Assembly (NCBI GenBank): GCA_036565505.1
Contig: DATCMY010000117.1
Coordinates: forward strand, 1 to 58,124
Length of the DNA stretch: 58,124 bases
Direction: 5' to 3'
From: Hanamia sp.
Lineage (GTDB): Bacteria; Bacteroidota; Bacteroidia; Chitinophagales; Chitinophagaceae
In this document: piece after piece, positions 43,778 to 51,410 of the stretch
Position numbering within the stretch: position 1 is the first letter of the stretch
Layout: each line of letters begins with the position of its first letter
Translations under genes and position numbers: made by a program
Notes under the pieces: model-generated
Seen by the model: the letters and a program-made list of their open reading frames with translations, nothing else
Told to the model about the DNA's origin: nothing
Databases searched by the model: none

Positions 43778-44779
43778 ATGACAAATAAAATTTCTGCCGC
43801 CATTACGTCCGTTGGTGCTTACGTACCCGAATACAGGCTTACCAATGCCATACTTGAAACTATGGTAGATACCAATGATGAATGGATAAAAAGCCGCACC
43901 GGTGTAGAAGAAAGAAGAATTTTAAAAGGAGAAAATATGGGTGTTTCTGAAATGGGCGCGCCCGCTGTAATGGAACTTTGTAAAAAAAGAGGAATAGATC
44001 CGGCAGAAATTGATTGCATTATTTGCTGCACCGTTACCCCTGACATGACCTTTCCGGCAACAGCCAATATAATTGCTTATAAAATTGGCGCCGTGAATGC
44101 TTTTGGCTTTGATCTTTCCGCGGCTTGTTCAGGGTTTTTATTTGGAGTTACCACTGGTGCTGCCTTAATAGAAAGCGGGCGGTATAAAAAGATAGTGGTA
44201 GTAGGAACCGATAAAATGAGTGGCATTGTTGATTATAGTGATAGAACCACCTGTGTACTTTTTGGCGATGCCGCAGGGGCCATTTTACTGGAGCCGAATG
44301 AAGAAGGATATGGCATACAGGACAGTCTTTTAAAATCGGATGGTATCGGCGTTGAGTATTTAAAAATGGTTGCAGGCGGTTCTGCAAAGCCGGCTTCTAT
44401 AGAAACCGTTATGGCTAAAGAACATTATATTTATCAGGAAGGGCCGGCAGTTTTCAAATTCGCAGTAAAAGGAATGGCCGACGTAGCTTATGAATTATTG
44501 GAAAGAAATCAATTAACAGGCGATAACATTGCATGGCTGGTTCCCCACCAGGCCAATAAAAGAATTATTGACGCCACGGCAAACCGTATGGGTTTAAGTA
44601 CCGACAAAGTAATGATCAACATACAACGTTATGGAAATACCACCTCCGCAACGATCCCTTTATGTATATGGGAATGGGAAAAACAATTAAAGAAAGGCGA
44701 CCTGATTGTGCTTTCCGCATTTGGCGGCGGATTTACCTGGGGCGCTACGCTGGTGAAGTGGGCGTATGATACAAAATGA
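43778..44779 (+). CDS. fabH: Beta-ketoacyl-ACP synthase III
   Basis: AACSGF catalytic Cys, FGDAAGA, PHQAN, GNTTSA, FGGGFTWG. Confidence 0.96.
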   Translation: MTNKISAAITSVGAYVPEYRLTNAILETMVDTNDEWIKSRTGVEERRILKGENMGVSEMGAPAVMELCKKRGIDPAEIDCIICCTVTPDMTFPATANIIAYKIGAVNAFGFDLSAACSGFLFGVTTGAALIESGRYKKIVVVGTDKMSGIVDYSDRTTCVLFGDAAGAILLEPNEEGYGIQDSLLKSDGIGVEYLKMVAGGSAKPASIETVMAKEHYIYQEGPAVFKFAVKGMADVAYELLERNQLTGDNIAWLVPHQANKRIIDATANRMGLSTDKVMINIQRYGNTTSATIPLCIWEWEKQLKKGDLIVLSAFGGGFTWGATLVKWAYDTK

Positions 44780-44885
44780 GATTTGATTGAAGAATAAATT
44801 GCTGGCTTTACGAAAGATATAATTCACTTCTACGTGTTTCGCAAAAATGATTGAAGGCGTTGGAAATCAATTGAGATATTTTTTG

Positions 44886-44934
44886 GGGGAAAGTTGTGGA
44901 GGGTGCAAACTTTCTCCTATATTTGGGTTGCCTG
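44886..44934 (+). promoter_or_regulatory. Bacteroidota promoter abutting the first cassette crossover-like site (attI/Pc-like)
   Basis: TTG at 44894-44896, a 21-nt spacer, TATATTTG at 44918-44925, then GTTGCCTG at 44927-44934. Overlapping inverted repeat GGGGAAAGTT...AACTTTCTCC. Confidence 0.6.
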
Positions 44935-45022
44935 CTATGCCTGAACAAGAACTTCTGACAGATTATAGAAAGTAGAAAGTTCTGTATCTAACAAGCATAT
45001 ATTAACTTGATACAGAATCTAT

Positions 45023-45562
45023 ATGAAATTTCTATTTAGATTACTTTTAATTCTTTTGGCAACATTTTTTATTAATTGCAATAGGACACCCAGTTTGACA
45101 AAAGACAAAATTTATAATAAGACATCTGATTTGAGGAAGGATGAAGTATATGAAATTTTAAATGAAATTATTGCAGACGACAGTCTAACATTATATACAG
45201 TTTGTTCCCATTTAGACAATCTATCTGATTCTGATGATTATGGTTTTAACAATCAGAACAAAAAATTTATTGAAAGGCAAAATGAAATTTTTAAAGGCTT
45301 TCAGTTTGAGTCCAACAAACTAAAATTTTATTCAAGAAAGAAAAAAGGTTTTGATTTCATTTATATTGACACATCTTGTAAAAAAGGAGTAGTTAATGGT
45401 TTATCATTTCCTTTAATTTCGACTGACAGACAAAGAGTAGTTTTAAAAATTACCGAAGACTGTCATTGTGGGTTAGGTGGTCAAGGAGGCATATTTCTGT
45501 ATCTTAAACAAAATGGACACTGGAAAAGGGGGAAATCATTTGACCATTGGGCTAGCTACTAA
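45023..45562 (+). CDS. Hypothetical probable lipoprotein (cassette 1 cargo)
   Basis: Hydrophobic N-terminus with lipobox-like FINC; C-terminal CHCGLGGQGG...NGHWK. No recognisable family. Confidence 0.8.
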   Translation: MKFLFRLLLILLATFFINCNRTPSLTKDKIYNKTSDLRKDEVYEILNEIIADDSLTLYTVCSHLDNLSDSDDYGFNNQNKKFIERQNEIFKGFQFESNKLKFYSRKKKGFDFIYIDTSCKKGVVNGLSFPLISTDRQRVVLKITEDCHCGLGGQGGIFLYLKQNGHWKRGKSFDHWASY

Positions 45563-45589
45563 CATTTACCTTAGTGAATAATATCACAT

Positions 45590-45789
45590 CAGGCAACACT
45601 CGCATTTATTCAAGCCTGGCAGACGTGCTAACAATGGGCTGTGGTGCATGTTTCAGCAATAGTTCCGGACTGATGGAACTCTGTTGAGCGATAGTAGTAA
45701 CAATGAACATTTTAATTATAAATTTGGCAACGGTTCCGGGAGACAGGAATTCTATTTTCAGGCCTGCATAAATGCGTGCCCGTAAGCTG
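45590..45789 (+). repeat. attC-like element, copy 1
   Basis: CAGGCAAC (45590-45597); inverted arms 45599-45618 and 45759-45778 (17/20 complementary); GTAAGCTG (45782-45789). Confidence 0.75.
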
Positions 45790-45840
45790 TAACCACCGAC
45801 AACATTCACCCCTTTGACAAAAACCATGACAACATAAATA

Positions 45841-46331
45841 ATGGCAAGAACAAAATTCTCATTTATCTTTTTTTATTTGATATTCACTTTTTTTGCCAAG
45901 CTCAAACGTCCGACAAAATAAATTTGACTAAAATTATTTTTCATTCAAGTCGCTGTTACGGTACTTGCACCACCATTGACCTTGAAATTGACAGTAATAA
46001 AAATATATTTGTAAACAGAGCATATTATAAAACTATAAGTAAAATAGACAAGCGTTTCAGTGGACGGTTTTCAGGAATTTTAGAGCAAGCCAAATACAAT
46101 AAATTAATTGAACTTCTCCAAAATTGCGATTTAGACACATTGCAATTCCCAGACATAACTTGGTTTGATGCCCCAATAACAACGCTCATTGTTTACTACA
46201 ACGGACAGAGAAAATATTTTAAATCTATGACACCGCCAAAAGTTGTTAATGAATTAATTTTATTTTTAAAGGCAATAAGCAACGATAAAAAATTAATTAA
46301 AACAGACGAGACAAGAACGCTTGAAGAATAG
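45841..46331 (+). pseudogene. DUF6438-like exported protein (cassette 2 cargo), frameshifted in its signal peptide
   Basis: The ATG 45841 frame stops after 26 codons. Adding one T to the T7 run at 45888-45894 gives MARTKFSFIFFYLIFTFFCQAQTSDKINLTKIIFHSSRCYGTC..., continuous with ORF 45924-46331. Confidence 0.65.
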
Positions 46332-46335
46332 TCAG

Positions 46336-46530
46336 CAACTTAGATTCGGCTTGGCAATAGGCGGGCCGAAGGAATAACAATGAGCTATAAACCAATATCA
46401 GCAATAGTTCCAGCAGACAAACAAATATCAGCTTTTTGTTGTTATCTTCATCTTTTGTTTTTCAATCGGCTGAGGTTCCGGGCTGGACGTTATAAAATAT
46501 CCCACCTTCAGCAATACCTGTTCGTTGTAT
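46336..46530 (+). repeat. attC-like element, copy 2 (more degenerate)
   Basis: Shares TAACAATGRGCT, TCAGCAATAGTTCC and GGTTCCGGG with copy 1 at near-identical spacing. Arms 46348-46365 and 46501-46518 are 11/18 complementary. Ends in GTTGTAT (46524-46530). Confidence 0.7.
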
Positions 46531-46555
46531 GTCACCCTAATCATCATCCTACTTA

Positions 46556-47663
46556 TTAATAAGAGCATAAATTGGGACTTATGTAGTATATTTGTAAATG
46601 CAAAAAAAAGATGGTCGTTACAGAAGTGCATCAGCACAAGCAACAATTAGAGAGCAGGTAATAGATTATTTAAAAAAACAGCGAGGCACCCAACACCAGG
46701 CTGCAGAGATATTTGGTTTACACATCCGCTCTGTAAATAGGATGTGGGCAAAGTATAAATCAGGAGGCAGTAGAAATATTAAAGAGAAGAAAAGAGGCGT
46801 ACAAGGAGGCAAAAAGATTAATGGTAAGCAATCGGCAGAAGTAAGAAAGTTAATCAAAGACAAATTGCCAGACCAGTTAAAATTATCTTTTGGCTTATGG
46901 ACCAGAGAAGCTGTACAACAATTAATACTTGCCAGATATGGGATAGAATTAAGCCGTTGGCAAGTAGGTCGGTATTTGAAGAGTTGGGGCTATACACCTC
47001 AAAAGCCAATTAGCAAAGCCTTTGAGCAAAAGCCTGAGAAAGTAAAAGAGTGGTTAGAAAAACAATATCCAGCTATAAAAAAGAGAGCAGCTAAAGAAAA
47101 TGCAGTTATTTATTTTGGCGATGAGACGGGAATGCGAAGTGACCACCAGGCAGGCAAAAGCTACGCACCACAAGGACAAACACCGGTGATAAAGAAGACA
47201 GGGCAGCGGTTTTCATTAAACATGATTTCAGCAATAAGTAACAAAGGTCATTTGCAATTTATGATATTAGATGGCAGATTTAATGGCGAAGTATTTAAAA
47301 CATTTTTACAACAGATGATAAAATATAGCAGGCAAAAAATATACTTTGTAACTGATGGGCATCCTGCACACAAAACGAAAATGCTCAATGAATGGTTAGC
47401 GGAAAACAAAGACAGGATTGAAGTATTTTTTCTACCACCCTACAGCCCGGAGTTGAATCCACAGGAGTATGCTAACCAGGATGTGAAGACAAATATTATT
47501 GGAAAGAAACGGCCTGTTAATAAGGCTCAAATGCGTACCAATGTTGAGGATTTTATGAACGGAAGAAAACAGGATAGAAAGCAAGTGCAAAAATACTTTC
47601 ATGTAAGCCACGTTAGATATGCAGCTTAGAAAAATTATAAGTCCTATTTTACTAAACGATTAA
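46556..47663 (+). mobile_element. IS630 family insertion sequence
   Basis: Imperfect terminal inverted repeats (TTAAT...TAAATTGGGACTTAT / ATAAGTCCTATTTTA...ATTAA), each flanked by TA (46554-46555 and 47664-47665); single transposase ORF. Confidence 0.9.
46598..47629 (+). CDS. IS630 family transposase
   Basis: N-terminal HTH domains; DDE motifs YFGDETG, FVTDGHPAH, FLPPYSPELNPQE. Confidence 0.96.
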   Translation: MQKKDGRYRSASAQATIREQVIDYLKKQRGTQHQAAEIFGLHIRSVNRMWAKYKSGGSRNIKEKKRGVQGGKKINGKQSAEVRKLIKDKLPDQLKLSFGLWTREAVQQLILARYGIELSRWQVGRYLKSWGYTPQKPISKAFEQKPEKVKEWLEKQYPAIKKRAAKENAVIYFGDETGMRSDHQAGKSYAPQGQTPVIKKTGQRFSLNMISAISNKGHLQFMILDGRFNGEVFKTFLQQMIKYSRQKIYFVTDGHPAHKTKMLNEWLAENKDRIEVFFLPPYSPELNPQEYANQDVKTNIIGKKRPVNKAQMRTNVEDFMNGRKQDRKQVQKYFHVSHVRYAA

Positions 47664-47665
47664 TA

Positions 47666-47833
47666 AATGGATTGTGGCCATTATTGTATGGTTTTATTAT
47701 TGTACCTAAATTTATAAGAGATGGTATTTATAATTGGATTTCAAGAAACAGGTATCAATGGTTTGGGATAAGAGAAGAATGTATGATACCAACTCCAGAT
47801 ATAAGAGCCAGATTTTTAAATGAATCATTATGA
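47666..47833 (+). pseudogene. 3' remnant of a DCC-family thiol-disulfide oxidoreductase (YuxK/DUF393-like) gene
   Basis: My translation: NGLWPLLYGFIIVPKFIRDGIYNWISRNRYQWFGIREECMIPTPDIRARFLNESL*, with the RDxxYxxIxRNRYxWFG...C signature. Its stop overlaps the next ATG (ATGA). No 5' half appears on the other side of the IS. Confidence 0.85.
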
Positions 47834-48195
47834 ACAACAAAAAAACATTAGTATTAGGCGCATCGCAAAATCCTGCGCGATATAGTTATCTAGCCATCAA
47901 TCAGCTTCGTAGTAAAGGCCATGAGGTAATTGCTATTGGTAAGCATAATGGAAAGGTAGGTGACGTACAAATTGAGACTGAAGAAAAGCCCATTGAAAAC
48001 TTAGATACGGTTACACTTTACCTAAGTGCTCATAATCAGAAAAATTATTATGATTTTATCTTTTCGCAAAATCCAAAAAGGATCATATTTAATCCCGGTG
48101 CCGAAAATGAAGAACTTGCTGCCATGGCAAAGAAAAAGGGAATTGTTTCGCAAGAAGCCTGCACGTTGGTTTTACTAAGCACGGGGCAGTATTAA
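47830..48195 (+). CDS. CoA-binding protein
   Basis: TLVLGASQNPARYS, DTVTLYL, RIIFNPGAEN, ACTLVLL. Confidence 0.92.
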   Translation: MNNKKTLVLGASQNPARYSYLAINQLRSKGHEVIAIGKHNGKVGDVQIETEEKPIENLDTVTLYLSAHNQKNYYDFIFSQNPKRIIFNPGAENEELAAMAKKKGIVSQEACTLVLLSTGQY

Positions 48196-48322
48196 TACTT
48201 ATTTTATTGCGTATATTTTCCCATTTTATTCCATTTCAAATATTTTTTTAATAAGCGTGTAATATTCTAACTGGATTGTCGTTTCATAATTGTCCGATAA
48301 TTTGAAAACCAAAGTCCAGTCT

Positions 48323-48769
48323 ATGAAATCCATTTACAAATTGTTAGCGGTATGCACTATAGTAGTGTCCTCTTACGCAACCAACGCACAAGTAACCACT
48401 TCCACAAGGCAGAACTTATTCAGCCGATATTCAGATAAATTACCAACAGCCATAACGGAACTAGAAAAAGCATTTAACGCAAAGCCGGGAACAGAAGTAA
48501 AACTTATGTTTTCAGATTTTTCTTTCACCGGAATTATTACTTCTTCCCTTAAACGATATGATAATTTATACAGTGTAGTAATAACCTCTACCTCATTAAA
48601 CAATACACTATTTTCTATTTCAAAAAGAGTAAATGACGATAAAACCATCACTTATGTTGGACGCATTATAAATGAAAAATATGCTGACGGTTTTGAATTA
48701 GAAAAAGACAGTGGTGGAAATTATGCATTAAACAAAATTAAAACTGAAGATCTTTTACAGGATTATTAA
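48323..48769 (+). CDS. Hypothetical exported protein, possible stand-alone protease prodomain
   Basis: Start reassigned to ATG 48323 (signal peptide ending TNAQ). Beta-rich, and directly upstream of a metalloprotease gene. Confidence 0.7.
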   Translation: MKSIYKLLAVCTIVVSSYATNAQVTTSTRQNLFSRYSDKLPTAITELEKAFNAKPGTEVKLMFSDFSFTGIITSSLKRYDNLYSVVITSTSLNNTLFSISKRVNDDKTITYVGRIINEKYADGFELEKDSGGNYALNKIKTEDLLQDY

Positions 48770-48829
48770 TCCAATACTGAATCCTGCTACTTTATAAATT
48801 CTCAACGGCGCCTCCCTAAATCCAAAGCC

Positions 48830-50428
48830 ATGAAAAAAATAAAACCCTTACCCTTACTATTTTTAATGTTTATTTTGCTTTCTTTCAAAGCAATCAGCCT
48901 TCCTGCTTTAAGCAGTTTTCCTACAGCAAGAGCCACCATATTTCTTGATTTTGATGGTCAATTTGTGAATGCATCATCTTGGAATGGAGGTATTCCATTT
49001 TACTGTACTCCTTCCGGATTCAATGATGCCCAAATAACAGAAATATTTAATCGCGTAGCTGAGGATTACAGGCCTTTCAACGTTAATATTACCACAGATT
49101 CAACTGTATTTTTAGCAGCCCCATTAATTCAAAGAATCAGAATAATTATTACTCTTACAAGCGGCTGGTACACCGGTGTTGGCGGAGTTGCCTATACGGG
49201 TTCATTCATCTGGGGCGATGATACTCCCGGTTTTGTTTTTCCTGATAGATTAGGCTACAGTACAAAAAATGTAGCTGAATGTTGTTCGCATGAAAGTGGC
49301 CATACGGTTGGGCTTTCGCACCAGGCAAAATACAGCGGAACATGTGCTTTTATATCTCCTTATAATGATGGTACGGGTTCCGGAGAAATAGGCTGGGCAC
49401 CAGTTATGGGAAATAGTTATGGTAAAAATCTTTCGGGTTGGAGTAATGGCCCCACACCGAGCGGCTGTACTGCAGACCAGGATAATCTTTCTATCATTAC
49501 ATCAAGAAATGGATTTACATACCGCCCTGATGATTATGCTGATGATCCAAGTGCAAATCCAACTTTATTGCCAATCAATAACACACAATTTTCGGCAGGT
49601 GGAATTATTTCAACTAATACCGATAAAGATGTTTTTAAATTAAATTTTCCTAAAGATGGTGCTTTTCACCTTGATGCAAATCCCTTCTCTGTAGGCCCTG
49701 ATAATGCAGGCGCAGACCTTGATGTAAAAGTTACTTTACTTAATTCATCAATGCAGGTAGTTCAGGTTTATGATCCTGCAAGTATTTTGAATGTTACCAT
49801 AGATACTGTTTTAAGTGCAGGAGACTATTATGTAATGCTGCAGGGAACAGGAAATATAAATACAACAAATTATGGCAGCCTGGGTTCTTATACTGTATCA
49901 GGTACGTATACGCCTTTAAGTGTTACTCCTATAAGCCAGGTACTGCTTTCAGGAAAAATTGATAAAGATAAACATGACCTTAGCTGGGATATAATTACGG
50001 ATGAACCTGTAGCAGATTTATCAATGGAAAGTTCAACAAATGGTACAATTTTTTCTACGCTTACTACGTTATCTTCCGGAGCTAAAGCCTTTGACTATGT
50101 ACCTTTTCTAAAAGAAAATATTTTTTACCGGTTAAAAGTTACTTCAGTAAAAGGACAGGTGGCTTATTCAAATATTATCTCATTAAAAGCTGCAGAAAAT
50201 TCAGGAAAATTATTTAATGTATCCACATTAGTTAATTCAGAAATAAAAGTAAATGCGGCAGAAAATTATAAGTATCAATTAGCAGATATGAGTGGAAGAG
50301 TAGTGAAGACCGGAAATGCCAATGCCGGGATGAATAATATTAATATCAACAATTGCCCTAATGGAATTTATTTCCTTCAAATAATAAGTAACTCCCAAAG
50401 AACAACCCAAAGAATTGTAAAACTGTAA
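48830..50428 (+). CDS. Metzincin zinc metalloprotease with T9SS type A CTD
   Basis: HESGHTVGLSH (HExxHxxGxxH), Met-turn APVMG, a PPC-like domain (DKDVFK), C-terminal GIYFLQI...QRIVKL. Confidence 0.88.
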   Translation: MKKIKPLPLLFLMFILLSFKAISLPALSSFPTARATIFLDFDGQFVNASSWNGGIPFYCTPSGFNDAQITEIFNRVAEDYRPFNVNITTDSTVFLAAPLIQRIRIIITLTSGWYTGVGGVAYTGSFIWGDDTPGFVFPDRLGYSTKNVAECCSHESGHTVGLSHQAKYSGTCAFISPYNDGTGSGEIGWAPVMGNSYGKNLSGWSNGPTPSGCTADQDNLSIITSRNGFTYRPDDYADDPSANPTLLPINNTQFSAGGIISTNTDKDVFKLNFPKDGAFHLDANPFSVGPDNAGADLDVKVTLLNSSMQVVQVYDPASILNVTIDTVLSAGDYYVMLQGTGNINTTNYGSLGSYTVSGTYTPLSVTPISQVLLSGKIDKDKHDLSWDIITDEPVADLSMESSTNGTIFSTLTTLSSGAKAFDYVPFLKENIFYRLKVTSVKGQVAYSNIISLKAAENSGKLFNVSTLVNSEIKVNAAENYKYQLADMSGRVVKTGNANAGMNNININNCPNGIYFLQIISNSQRTTQRIVKL

Positions 50429-50448
50429 GGTAGATTCATGTGTAAGTT

Positions 50449-50481
50449 AAGGGTCAGCGTTAGGGGCTGGCCCTTTTTTTT
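50449..50481 (+). terminator. Intrinsic terminator
   Basis: AAGGGTCAGC-N7-GCTGGCCCTT followed by a T run. Confidence 0.85.
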
Positions 50482-50648
50482 GTTTAAAATTCACAATAAA
50501 TTAATTAAAAAATCAACATCAGAATTGTAATTTTTGTAGAATTAGTTATAATTTGTGGTATAATTTTTTGAAATAATCAGTTCCTTTTGATTTGCTAAAC
50601 CTCTGACTTACTCTTCAATTCTCATTTAAAATTTAAAATAAAAATTTT

Positions 50649-51122
50649 ATGTTATGGAGAAAATTTAATGGAGATAAAATCGAACTTCCGATTAAAGATG
50701 AAGTGGAACGCGCCATTCAAAAAGAAACCGCAGCAGGCTACAGATTAAAAGTATGCATAGGCACCGATAGCCAGGTAAAAAGCCAGGAAACAGAATTCGC
50801 AACCGTCATTGTTTTTCTTCGTGAAGGACGCGGTGGGTTCATGTTTATCCATAATGAAAAAACTACTTACAAATACACCATTAAGGAACGTATGTTAGTA
50901 GAAGTAGCAAAAAGTATTGAGATCGCTTATGAACTTTGTGACCTGTTTACTTTGTACGATGTGGACATGGAAGTGCATGCTGACATCAATACCAATCCAC
51001 ACTTTAAAAGTAATGAAGCCCTGCGTGAGGCTATGGGTTATATTCTTGGAATGGGCTTTGCTTTCAAAGCCAAGCCGGAAGCCTTTGCCAGCAGCAGTTG
51101 TGCCAATAAGATGGTGAATTAG
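50649..51122 (+). CDS. Ribonuclease H-like YkuK (DUF458) family protein
   Basis: CIGTDSQ, EVAKSIE, EVHADIN, KPEAFASSSCA. Confidence 0.85.
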   Translation: MLWRKFNGDKIELPIKDEVERAIQKETAAGYRLKVCIGTDSQVKSQETEFATVIVFLREGRGGFMFIHNEKTTYKYTIKERMLVEVAKSIEIAYELCDLFTLYDVDMEVHADINTNPHFKSNEALREAMGYILGMGFAFKAKPEAFASSSCANKMVN

Positions 51123-51155
51123 AAAAATGTTTAATGGTAAATTTTAAATGATCAA

Positions 51156-51410
51156 ATGGAAAAGATAATTCTTTTACTTTTTATTATAGCTTGCATTGCC
51201 GCTATTATGTTATTGAATAAATACAGAAATACAAAAGTTGGTTTGATCATTCGTTTTTGCTGGTTTGCAATATGTATAAGCATTTTCTTTTCCTTTTTTA
51301 GTCACAATTTCAGTATGACTCAGAATATTGTTATGGGATTTTTTGGCGGCGGCGGATTAGTTTATTTCTTTTTTAATTTCAAAAGAATTTCCGAAAATTC
51401 TCATCATTAG
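51156..51410 (+). CDS. Hypothetical small membrane protein
   Basis: Three hydrophobic segments; overlaps the 3' end of the convergent queA-like gene by 32 nt. Confidence 0.6.
   Translation: MEKIILLLFIIACIAAIMLLNKYRNTKVGLIIRFCWFAICISIFFSFFSHNFSMTQNIVMGFFGGGGLVYFFFNFKRISENSHH

Larger units (their letters stand above)
44927..46555 (+). mobile_element. Integron-like gene cassette array (two complete cassettes plus the start of a third); no integrase in window
   Basis: Single small ORFs, each followed by a homologous ~195-bp inverted-repeat element whose left end is complementary to the first bases of that cassette. Confidence 0.7.

Noticed and set aside
44780-44885. Possible integrase remnant upstream of the array
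   Set aside because: Only about 100 bp separate fabH from the promoter, and I see no tyrosine-recombinase motif here or anywhere in the window.
45606-45827. 73-aa minus-strand ORF (and the 72-aa ORF at 46428-46646)
   Set aside because: Both overlie the attC-like repeats or the IS end and show no protein-like features, so they are probably spurious.
45590-46530. Repeats interpreted as a CRISPR array, terminators or MITEs
   Set aside because: The units are about 195 bp and separated by whole genes. There are no cas genes, no U-tract after the arms and no visible target-site duplications. A MITE origin cannot be fully excluded without more copies.
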